44,468 bases of DNA. Source: a virus. The position numbers and the translations under genes were made by a program. The notes beneath the pieces were generated by a model. It saw nothing but the letters and a program-made list of their open reading frames with translations. It was not told where the DNA came from and did no database searches. Positions within the stretch are counted from its first letter, which is position 1; the number at the start of each line of letters is the position of its first letter. The stretch lies in the IMG/VR virus record IMGVR_UViG_3300008055_000147. One strand, written 5' to 3'. Below are positions 15,890 through 24,732 of the stretch, one piece after another.

Positions 15890-16680
15890 TGATTATTGAC
15901 CCCGTATCAGCGGTAGTCGGTGGCGTATCAGCCATTGGCGGGATCTTCCAGTCCATTGCCGCCGACAAGGCAAAGAAGCAGGACTACCTGAATCAGAGCG
16001 CCTATGCCAGTGCAACTGGAGCTTTCAACCAGTGGCAGGCTGGGTTGAACCAGAGAATTAACACTCAAAACTCGCAATATCAATACTGGGGTGAGACGGT
16101 CCAATACAACCAGCAGCTGGCCTACACGGGGCAGCTCAGGAATTACGAGCTAGCCAAGGAGCTTGCCCAGGCCGACCGGGTTGGCCAGGCCCGTGCTGGT
16201 GCAGGCACCAACTACGCCATCAATGCCACCGTCACCGCCAACCAGCTGCAGGAGCGGGGGATGCAGGAGGCCGTAGCGATGCAGCAGTACGCCTACAGGG
16301 CGCTGCAGCAGTCGTCGGCCTACCAGGCAATGGCGCAGGAGGGCAGGACGGCTGATCGCTACATCGCCAACTTTGCCCGGCAAGCCGGTGACTACAACAC
16401 CTTGATGCAGATAAACCAGGGCCTGCAGGACCGGCAATACCGGAATGATCAGCTGGGGAACATCACCAAGTACCTGAACGAATACAACAGCCAGCAGTTC
16501 TACGAGCCCACGCAGTACGTCGATCCAGTGGCTCCATTCCCGCCGCTGCCTTCCTTGATGATGCCGCCCCCACCATCAATGAAGGGTGGAGCGCCAGCAA
16601 ACACCACTGGCCTTGGCATCGGCACCGCTCTGCTGGGCGGGGTGAACGCCTACATGACTACCAAAGCAGCCATCAAGTAA
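15889..16680 (+). CDS. internal virion protein B (T7 gp14-like)
   Basis: 263 aa with N- and C-terminal Gly/Ala-rich hydrophobic segments and a Q-rich middle. Called by synteny. Confidence 0.6.
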   Translation: MIIDPVSAVVGGVSAIGGIFQSIAADKAKKQDYLNQSAYASATGAFNQWQAGLNQRINTQNSQYQYWGETVQYNQQLAYTGQLRNYELAKELAQADRVGQARAGAGTNYAINATVTANQLQERGMQEAVAMQQYAYRALQQSSAYQAMAQEGRTADRYIANFARQAGDYNTLMQINQGLQDRQYRNDQLGNITKYLNEYNSQQFYEPTQYVDPVAPFPPLPSLMMPPPPSMKGGAPANTTGLGIGTALLGGVNAYMTTKAAIK

Positions 16681-16683
16681 GCC

Positions 16684-19062
16684 ATGTCACGCCCCCAGGA
16701 CCTCCCCGAAGGCCAGATCGCCCCAGCCGCCAGGGGCGTCGATGCCTTCTTGCGGCCTACCGACATTCAGGTAGCCGCCCCATCTCAGGCCCCTGCTTTT
16801 GGCAACCCGAAGGGGATGACGGCCCTGGCCGTATCTGGGACACCCAGCGTCCAGGGGTACAACAGCTCCGCTCAGTTGGCCGAGGCCCTGGGCCCTTTCA
16901 TGAAGGAACTGACCCAGACCACCCAAACCGTTGGTCTGGCCTACGCCGGGTGGCGGATAAACGAAGGCGAGGCTCAGGCGCAGGAAGCTGTCCGTCGGGC
17001 CCAGGCGGCCAACGACCAATCAACTGAAGCGGGTCAGCTTGAGTACGCCGCTGCCAACCGTGCGCTGGGGGTGAAGGACCCGCAGGCCGGCTGGGCCATG
17101 CACGTTCTTGACCCCTACACCCAGCTGGGCTGGGAGCGGGGCAAGTCCAAGGCTGCAGGGCAGGAGATTGAGGCGGGCATGGCTGGGTATGTCGCCAAGA
17201 ACTCAGGCCGCATTGACTACAAGGCCCCTGACCAGGGGTTTGGTGCGCTGCAAACCATCCGGTCTGAGTACATCACCCAAGTCACCGGCAAGTACGGGAT
17301 CAGCGATAGGAGCCACGGCTTTCAGAAGTACGCGGCGCCATCCATCGAGAAGGCCAGCGGGCGTGTAGCCCAGGCGATGGTGGAGGACCGGGCGAAGTTC
17401 TTTGACCAGAACAAGCCGCAGGAGCTGTCGATGCTGATCATCAACAGCCTGACGACCGCTAATTCAACCGGGACGATTGAGTACGGCGGCAAGACGTACA
17501 CCAAGGCAGAAGGGCCCCTGTTTGAGGTGGCGCTTGGGCTGAAGGTGAACGAAGAAGCCGAAGCCTTCTTGCGTCAGGCCGGCCTGCCTGGCCAGGCAAG
17601 CAAATGGAAGGAGGAGGCTTATGGAATCCTCAGGGCAACAGCTGACTACAACCAATCGCTTGGTATCAGCAATTATCTCGGGCGACTGATGACGGCTGAG
17701 CCGTTGCGGGGTGCAGACGGCAAGCCTGTTGTTGATGCCACTGGTAAACCGGTTTACCTGAGCTGGGAGCAGCTTTACAGCAAAACCAAGATCGACTCTC
17801 AAATCAAATACGAGCAGGCAGGTTTTGCCAACCGTGCCGCCAAGGCCAAGGATGTGGGCGAGCGGGCCGGCGCTGATATTGCGCAAGCCACGCAGGACAT
17901 GCTGCCTGGCCCTGCCAGGGCTGCGGCGGGCTTTGCGGCATTAGGCCAGTTCGTGGCTCAGGAAAATGCCATCCGCGAAAAGAGTGGGCAGCCACCCCTC
18001 AACAACTTGGAGCTTTACCAGATCAGGAAGTCATGGAAGGAAGCCAACGAGCTGAACTCCGACTTGGTATTTGAGAAGGACGACCCCAGAGTTGAGGTGA
18101 CCTACCTGGGGCAGCTGGCCACCTTGCAGGGCAGCGCCTTCAATGCCGCTGGGGAGCGGAGCAGGGCGCGGGCTTTGGCGGCCACCATCCGAGACCCGGC
18201 CAAGGCAAGTCAGTTCCTGACCAAGGCACTGAACGAGATCGAGCAGAAAGAGAAGGAGGTGCAGGACTTCAGCGCCTACTCAGGACCGCGAGACAAGGTG
18301 ATCGTGGACAACATCAAGTCCAGGATCGAGCGCAATTACGACGCCAGGGCTGACTACACCAAGCCTGACCGAGTTGAGTCTGAGCGCCGTCAGCGGAGTG
18401 CCTACACCGCCCTTGTGAATGACCGCATCAAGGCAAGGGAGGCCCAGCTCCAGCGGAAGCTGAGTGAAAGCGAGGTCAGGTCCATAACTCAAACAGCCAT
18501 TGACGAATACGGAGGCAAGGACAAGGACGCACTGCCGTACCTGTTCCCAGGGAGCGTGGCCTATCCCGGCTCACCATCAGTGGACCCAGCCACCACGATG
18601 AAATCGGTGCCCCTGGGGCCTGACGGCAAGCCAAAGCCAAATGGCGGCAAGCCTGTCCCGCCTGTTTATGAGATCAACCAGCTGGACGACATCCCCAACC
18701 GCAGGCAGGAGTTGGTGCAGTACCAAGCCAAGCCGGTGCTGTCGTTGAACGCAGTGCGTCAGTCCTTCTTTGCTGTGATGCAGGGCAAGCGGCTATCCCC
18801 TGCCATTGAGCGGGCATGGCGTGATGCCCAGGCACCCAATCCATTCGTCTTTCTGCAGCGTCAGCTGGAGATGTACCCCAACTACAAGGGCGGGGAATGG
18901 ACGCCAGCTGAGATGAAGAAGGCCAAGGAGAGGCTGACTTCACAGGCAGCCCTTGAGGGCAACAGCGTCTCCAAGGCAGCAATGGCCCCATCAATGCCAC
19001 TGCTGGCATCCCTGGGCAACTGGGCAGGCAACACGCTTCTGGGCATCACGCCAGCCTCTTAG
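16684..19062 (+). CDS. internal virion/core protein C (T7 gp15-like)
   Basis: 792 aa. Size and position match gp15 (747 aa in T7). Confidence 0.6.
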   Translation: MSRPQDLPEGQIAPAARGVDAFLRPTDIQVAAPSQAPAFGNPKGMTALAVSGTPSVQGYNSSAQLAEALGPFMKELTQTTQTVGLAYAGWRINEGEAQAQEAVRRAQAANDQSTEAGQLEYAAANRALGVKDPQAGWAMHVLDPYTQLGWERGKSKAAGQEIEAGMAGYVAKNSGRIDYKAPDQGFGALQTIRSEYITQVTGKYGISDRSHGFQKYAAPSIEKASGRVAQAMVEDRAKFFDQNKPQELSMLIINSLTTANSTGTIEYGGKTYTKAEGPLFEVALGLKVNEEAEAFLRQAGLPGQASKWKEEAYGILRATADYNQSLGISNYLGRLMTAEPLRGADGKPVVDATGKPVYLSWEQLYSKTKIDSQIKYEQAGFANRAAKAKDVGERAGADIAQATQDMLPGPARAAAGFAALGQFVAQENAIREKSGQPPLNNLELYQIRKSWKEANELNSDLVFEKDDPRVEVTYLGQLATLQGSAFNAAGERSRARALAATIRDPAKASQFLTKALNEIEQKEKEVQDFSAYSGPRDKVIVDNIKSRIERNYDARADYTKPDRVESERRQRSAYTALVNDRIKAREAQLQRKLSESEVRSITQTAIDEYGGKDKDALPYLFPGSVAYPGSPSVDPATTMKSVPLGPDGKPKPNGGKPVPPVYEINQLDDIPNRRQELVQYQAKPVLSLNAVRQSFFAVMQGKRLSPAIERAWRDAQAPNPFVFLQRQLEMYPNYKGGEWTPAEMKKAKERLTSQAALEGNSVSKAAMAPSMPLLASLGNWAGNTLLGITPAS

Positions 19063-19099
19063 GCGACAGGCAATGCGAAAACTTGGCCTAATCAAATAA

Positions 19100-19115
19100 C
19101 TACACCCCCGTGCAG
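19100..19115 (+). promoter_or_regulatory. phage-RNAP-type promoter-like motif (CTACACCCCCGTGCAG)
   Basis: Lies in the 100-bp gap before the 1855-aa gene, with AT-rich AATAA just upstream. Confidence 0.4.
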
Positions 19116-19162
19116 CAGCTGGGTTATGCGTTGAAATAGGTGAAGCGTATTGATGCCACAGG

Positions 19163-22100
19163 ATGCCAACTCCCAGGGGCTTAGCCAATGACGAGAACGC
19201 TGTAGCGGTTGGGGAGGGAGGCGCCAAGGCAAAGCCCAAGCCCAAGCCAGCGAAGCCTCCAGTCCGGCCCTGGTACTGGTATCTCACCCCTGCAGGCATT
19301 GCAAACGAAGCGCGGGTTCGGGCTAAGCAGATCCAGAGGATCAACCAGGGCCACACCTTCACAGGCCATCGCTTCGACCCCAAATACGGGGTCATGATTC
19401 CAGGCCAATGGGTAGGCCCGAATGGGCAAAAATCGGGCCTTTCCCCTGTCGAGCGGGACATCGTTTACGGGGCTGTAGTCAAACCCGTCAAGACGGTGGC
19501 CAATTTGGCAACCAATGCTGTCCAACGTGTCACCAATGGGTGGAAGCCGGCAGACCCTGCATCGACTCCTGTTGGCCGCTTCATCAACCAGGCAGACCGC
19601 CAGATCAAGGGCGGCATGTTGATCAAGCAAGACGAGCAACGCAGACCAGAGGATCTGTTCTGGCAGCAGATGGGCGAGATGGCCTCCACCAGCGTTGTTG
19701 GTGGTGTGGCTGCCCATGGGCTTGTACCTGCAGCGGCATTTACGACAGGTGCCTTCAAGGCATTGGCCCCTACCGCTCAGCAGGCATTGCGGTGGACCGC
19801 TGGTGTCGGCACTGAGTCCGTTATCTCAACGGCACTGACCGACAACCGGCAGGGCAACGTGGCCAATGCCTTTGGGGAGAACGCCCCAATGGCGATCAAG
19901 CCAGAGGACGACATGGTGTCGGCACTGGGCAAGTCGCTCATCCCCAATGCCGGTGCGGAGATCAGCCTGGGGTTGGGCTTCCTTGGCCTTGGGAAAGCCG
20001 TTGGCAGGGGCCTGGAGGGCTTTGACAATGTGCGTCGCCGCCAGGCGGAAGGCCGTGCTGCGCAGGAGACCACTGACGCCCGCAATTTCACCAAGGAGAC
20101 TGGTCTTCAGAACGAGGCCGATGGCGAGCACGGCTTCACGGAGCAGGCCACACAGCCAGCGCCTGCAGCTGCGCCTGAGGCAGCCGCTGCTCCAGAAGCA
20201 GCCCCTGTTGCCCCACCGACCAAGCAGCAGGCAGAGGATTCCCTCCTGGGCCCAAAGGAGCAGCCAGCAGAAGCTGCAGCACCTATTGAGGAGCCTGAAT
20301 ACAGCCCTGAGTTGCCTGAGGTGGATACAGCCGTCATGGCTGCAGGCCGCCTGGACGATGACCAGCTGATTGCAACAGCCCAGGGCACTGGCCCTGTCTT
20401 GCCTGAACTGGAGCGCCAGCTGACAGAACAGAGGGCTGGCTTCCAGCCCCAGGAGGGTTTGACCCCAGATGTGGTGGCGGCACCAACCGAGAACTTGGCT
20501 ACGCCAACGGTGCCCTACGAGGACCAGTGGTCGCAGCTACCAAACCAGACGTTGTTTTCGCTGGCTTCTCCTGCGAATAACCCTGAGCTATTCGACATCG
20601 TTAGCAAGATGACGGGTCGCAGCTACGACGAGTTCACCTGGACTGATGTGGTGGATGGACTGAGTGCCCTGAAGGACAAGGGATTAACGGTCATCCCCAG
20701 CCGGGTGATTAACAGCTCTGGCATGAGGCTGACATCAGACCTATCGGTTAATGCACCGCTTTTCCAATACAAGGACGGTGTAAACGCCCAGGGCCAGCAG
20801 AAAGGCAACTCCCTTGAGGGGGTGACCAAATGGAACCCTGATGTCGAGCAGACAAATCTGGTGTGGGACAACCCCGCCGATGGCAAGACCTACATGATCA
20901 ATGGCCACAACTCCCTAGCCAAGGCAAAGGAGCTTGGTATCCCGACGATCCCAACAAAAACGATCTTCGCCAATACGCCAGGGGAGGCCCGGCTTATTGG
21001 AGCCAAGGCCAACATTGCCTCTGGCGGTGGCACTGCATTTGATGCAGCCAAGATCATCCGTGAGCTGGGCATTACGGATGCAGCTGGCCTTGAGGCTGCT
21101 GGCATCCCTTTGGACTCTGGCCTAGGCACCTCTGGCCTGGCATTAAGCAAGCTGCCCGACGACCTGTTCCAGCAGGCAATCAACGGTGAGCTGCCGATGG
21201 GCCGTGCCATGGCCCTGGGGGGCAGTGGTCTCGATCCAGCGGACATGATCCGGGTTGCCGGGTTAGGTGGCAAAAAGGAAATCAGCGAGCGTGGTTTTGC
21301 TGAGCTGGTGCAGATGGCATCTTCTGCCCCGAAGGTGGCTGATGCCGCCCAGGGCGGTATCCCTGGCATGGACGAATGGCTCAAGGATTCATCGGTAATT
21401 GAGAAGGCTGAACTGTCAGCCAAAGTCCGCGCTGAGCTGATCAGCAACAAGAACCTGTTTGGCAAGGTCGGCAAGAGCAAAGCCGCCCAGGCCCTGGCCG
21501 ACAAAGGCGGCACCCAGGTGAACCAGGGGCAGGTACTGAACGCTGCTGATGTGGCCCGTGGGGTGCTCGATGAGTTCGACCGGGACAAGTACCTAGCCAA
21601 CACACCGATCAGTGAGCTGCTGAATCAGGGGGCATCCGACATCGCCGCCGGGGCAAAGCCTGCTGTGATCGCCAAGCGCATCCTGCAGCAGCTGGAGATG
21701 GCAGCCGAGGCAGCACCCCCTGCGGTGAAGGCGGAACCCTCCATCGACTCCGTTGGCCCTGCCCGCTGGGATTCATGGCCGCCCGAGAAGCAGCAGCAGA
21801 AGGCCGTTGAAGCCCAGGGGCTTGTGCTGTCTGACCGGGTGCTGGCCAGCCGCCAGAAGTACCAGGCCGACTATGAGGCCAACCAGGCGGCAGTGCTTCG
21901 ATACAACGACGAGATGCCTGGCTCAAATAGCCCTAGCGAGCTGACCGAGGAGCAGTTCATCGCCAAGTACGGGGCTGATGAGAGCACCCATCCGCAGTTA
22001 ATGAACAAGGGCGGGGCAACACCCAAGCAGCTCAAGGACCTGGAGAACCACAACTGGGCGCAGGAGTACCTGGCCTGGTACGGGCAGAAGACCGCTAACT

Positions 22101-24730
22101 CGCCACTGACCCCTGAGATGCGCAAGCAGCTCAAGGCCCAGGTGGTCAAACGTGCCATTGAAAACGGCGAGGTGCGGCCATCTGCCACACCACTGCCTGA
22201 CCTACCTGAACCACCGAAGGACCTGAACGACCCTGCGGCATTGATTGCGGACGAGGCCCGCCTGGCGCAGGAGTACGGGACGCAGGACGTTATTGCCGGT
22301 CAGCTGGCACTGGACGCCAAGCGGCAGGCCATGGGCTGGAGCGATATGTCCCTGGAGCAGAAGAAAGCCAGCGGGATGCTCGATGAATGGCAGCGCCCCC
22401 AGGAGCCCGTTGGCGACAGCCTGGAGGACCGTGCCGCCTACGCCAGGGAACAGCGGATGGCAGCTGAGGCAGCTGGTGACACCACCCTGGCCAGGGAATG
22501 GCAAAACGCTGAAAGGCAGCTGGAGAAGGACCGCATTTCTCAAGCCCAACAACGCCAGGCCACCAGCCAGCCAGACATGTTTGGCGTTGGTGCATACGAC
22601 AACAGCACCCCGCTGCTAAATAATCCCCCGCCTGCCCCTGAGCCAGGGGTAAAGCGTTTCTTCCATGGAGCTGCTGGGGAGTTCAAGTTGGTGGAGGGCG
22701 GTGAGTTTGAGAGCGGCGAAATGAATATCTACGGGCAGGGCCTGTACTCAACAGACAGCCTCAACACCGCAGGTAAATACCAGAAGAAGAACAAGGCCAA
22801 GGGTGCCCAGGCCAATGGGGTCACCTACGAGGTGGTGGAGAAGAAGCCGGTCAAGTTCTTCGACCTAGACGCACCAGCAACACCAGACGTTCTCAACAAG
22901 CTGCGAGATGTGGCTGGCTACGACTCCATGACGGAGTTGGTGGAGACCGCTATCAGCGAGCTGGATGGCACCCCATCGCTAACCCAGGTCTTCGATGAGA
23001 TGCGGGCTTGGTCCCGTGAGCTGGAAGTCCCAGCCCATGAGATCCAATCAACCTGGCATGAGCTGTCCCTGGCGCTGGAGAAGGACGGCTATGGCGGCTT
23101 CACCCATCAGGGTGGTCACCTTGCTGGCCGTGGCAAGGAGCTTCATCAAGTCCGCATCTACTGGGACCCGGCCAACAGCGTTGACATCTACAAGGTGGAT
23201 GCCGATGGCAACCGAGTGGCCGTACAGACCAGGGAAGCAAAGGCTCCTGCTGGCGAAGTCGCTCAAACGATGACTGCCTTGACCAAGGGGATGCTCGAAG
23301 GGCCGCGCCGCCAAATGTTTGAGGCGTACCAAGCCAACAAGGTCAAGCTGTCTGGCGTTGACGAGCCCTACCTCAACGCTTTGCAGCAGTTGAAGGCGAA
23401 AGGCATTACGGCCAATACGCAAGAAGAGTTCAACGCCTTGCTGGACCGAGTTATCGCGGAGCGAGATCGGAGACAGGCCCCAGCCGCCCCTGCCATCGAG
23501 ATCCCTGAAGCTGCTGGCGCCAAGATCACGGCCAAAACCGACCAAAGCCGAATCCTGGGCGCCGCTGAATCGCTGTTCAACTGGGTCAACAGTGGGGTCC
23601 CCGGCGAGAGGCAGGCAATCACGTCAGTTGAGCAGGCGCTGGCACTGGTGCGGGCCAAGGGGTCACGGCTTGACCCAGACAAGGTTCCTGGCCTGGACAT
23701 GGATGAGGCCAGAAATGACAAGGCGATGGGTAGATCCACGCCTAATACGGAAGCCGTTGCTCAGGCTTACAAGCAGTTCTACGGAGTCAAGCCCGACGCC
23801 CTGTCGCCCCTATCTGACATGGACGAGGAGGCCGCGCTCCTGGGCCTAAGGGCCGGGCCGCTGCCATTCATGGATATGCCCACCAGTGAGGCAGCCAAGA
23901 CCAGGCAACTGCTGGAGGGTGCCTTGACTGATGCAGTCAGGCGAATTACGGGCAAGGAGGACGTTGCCTTCCATGGCTACACCGATCGGGTGATTAGCCC
24001 TTCCGAGCACGGCGGAGATGGTGTCCGCACTGGTACTCGGAAAGGCTTCTACGACCCCATGACCGACATGGTGAATGTGATGGGGTTGATGGATAGGAGC
24101 CCCGGCGAAATCGTGGAGACCGCCATTCATGAGTCCTGGCACCGAATCCAATACACCCTCCTGACCTTGAAGGACATGGAGATATTCGATTCGGTCTTTG
24201 GGAAGATCCGGGTGAATGACCTGGCCTCAATGCGTTCTGCCAATGGCAAGGCAACGCTTGAGAAGCAGGCATACGCCGCCCAGGTGGTTGCCGCCTACAA
24301 GGCGCAAGGTCTTGACGCATCCATGGAGGGTGTCCGCGTTGGCTTGGTTGAGGCCATGGACGATCAATTCCCCCTTAAGGACGGCAGATCCTGGGGGAAC
24401 ACCCTCAGGGGTGAAGTGGGAATCCGCGTCATTCAGGGCATTTACAAGGTGATGGACCTAATCGAGCGGGTGAATAACGGCATCCGTGGCCGTGGGTTTG
24501 AAACTGTCCAGAGCATGTTTGAGAAGGCTTACTCCGGGGAGCTGGCCAAGACCAGGGCCTGGGATTCCGTAGCCCAGCTGACCACCCCTGATCAAAAGGC
24601 AAGGCTGGCCAAACTTGAAGAGTGGAGGAAGGACAACAAGAAGGGCATCTCTGAGATCAGTCAGATGGTCGCCAGCATTGATGAACAGATCAATGCACTC
24701 AAATCCCAAGCAATGAAAGGAGGCTGCTGA
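19163..24730 (+). CDS. giant polyvalent virion protein (ParB-like, ART-like and HExxH zincin-like regions)
   Basis: 1855 aa. Residues 515-640: VWDNPADGKTYMINGHNSLAKAKELGIPTIP (ParB/Srx-like). Residues 1163-1345: RFFHGA...GQGLYST...GYGGFTHQGG...KELHQVRIYWDP (ADP-ribosyltransferase-like). Residues 1656-1660: HESWH (nt 24128-24142). The N-terminus is Gly/Ala-rich and hydrophobic. Confidence 0.65.
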   Translation: MPTPRGLANDENAVAVGEGGAKAKPKPKPAKPPVRPWYWYLTPAGIANEARVRAKQIQRINQGHTFTGHRFDPKYGVMIPGQWVGPNGQKSGLSPVERDIVYGAVVKPVKTVANLATNAVQRVTNGWKPADPASTPVGRFINQADRQIKGGMLIKQDEQRRPEDLFWQQMGEMASTSVVGGVAAHGLVPAAAFTTGAFKALAPTAQQALRWTAGVGTESVISTALTDNRQGNVANAFGENAPMAIKPEDDMVSALGKSLIPNAGAEISLGLGFLGLGKAVGRGLEGFDNVRRRQAEGRAAQETTDARNFTKETGLQNEADGEHGFTEQATQPAPAAAPEAAAAPEAAPVAPPTKQQAEDSLLGPKEQPAEAAAPIEEPEYSPELPEVDTAVMAAGRLDDDQLIATAQGTGPVLPELERQLTEQRAGFQPQEGLTPDVVAAPTENLATPTVPYEDQWSQLPNQTLFSLASPANNPELFDIVSKMTGRSYDEFTWTDVVDGLSALKDKGLTVIPSRVINSSGMRLTSDLSVNAPLFQYKDGVNAQGQQKGNSLEGVTKWNPDVEQTNLVWDNPADGKTYMINGHNSLAKAKELGIPTIPTKTIFANTPGEARLIGAKANIASGGGTAFDAAKIIRELGITDAAGLEAAGIPLDSGLGTSGLALSKLPDDLFQQAINGELPMGRAMALGGSGLDPADMIRVAGLGGKKEISERGFAELVQMASSAPKVADAAQGGIPGMDEWLKDSSVIEKAELSAKVRAELISNKNLFGKVGKSKAAQALADKGGTQVNQGQVLNAADVARGVLDEFDRDKYLANTPISELLNQGASDIAAGAKPAVIAKRILQQLEMAAEAAPPAVKAEPSIDSVGPARWDSWPPEKQQQKAVEAQGLVLSDRVLASRQKYQADYEANQAAVLRYNDEMPGSNSPSELTEEQFIAKYGADESTHPQLMNKGGATPKQLKDLENHNWAQEYLAWYGQKTANSPLTPEMRKQLKAQVVKRAIENGEVRPSATPLPDLPEPPKDLNDPAALIADEARLAQEYGTQDVIAGQLALDAKRQAMGWSDMSLEQKKASGMLDEWQRPQEPVGDSLEDRAAYAREQRMAAEAAGDTTLAREWQNAERQLEKDRISQAQQRQATSQPDMFGVGAYDNSTPLLNNPPPAPEPGVKRFFHGAAGEFKLVEGGEFESGEMNIYGQGLYSTDSLNTAGKYQKKNKAKGAQANGVTYEVVEKKPVKFFDLDAPATPDVLNKLRDVAGYDSMTELVETAISELDGTPSLTQVFDEMRAWSRELEVPAHEIQSTWHELSLALEKDGYGGFTHQGGHLAGRGKELHQVRIYWDPANSVDIYKVDADGNRVAVQTREAKAPAGEVAQTMTALTKGMLEGPRRQMFEAYQANKVKLSGVDEPYLNALQQLKAKGITANTQEEFNALLDRVIAERDRRQAPAAPAIEIPEAAGAKITAKTDQSRILGAAESLFNWVNSGVPGERQAITSVEQALALVRAKGSRLDPDKVPGLDMDEARNDKAMGRSTPNTEAVAQAYKQFYGVKPDALSPLSDMDEEAALLGLRAGPLPFMDMPTSEAAKTRQLLEGALTDAVRRITGKEDVAFHGYTDRVISPSEHGGDGVRTGTRKGFYDPMTDMVNVMGLMDRSPGEIVETAIHESWHRIQYTLLTLKDMEIFDSVFGKIRVNDLASMRSANGKATLEKQAYAAQVVAAYKAQGLDASMEGVRVGLVEAMDDQFPLKDGRSWGNTLRGEVGIRVIQGIYKVMDLIERVNNGIRGRGFETVQSMFEKAYSGELAKTRAWDSVAQLTTPDQKARLAKLEEWRKDNKKGISEISQMVASIDEQINALKSQAMKGGC

Positions 24731-24732
24731 TC

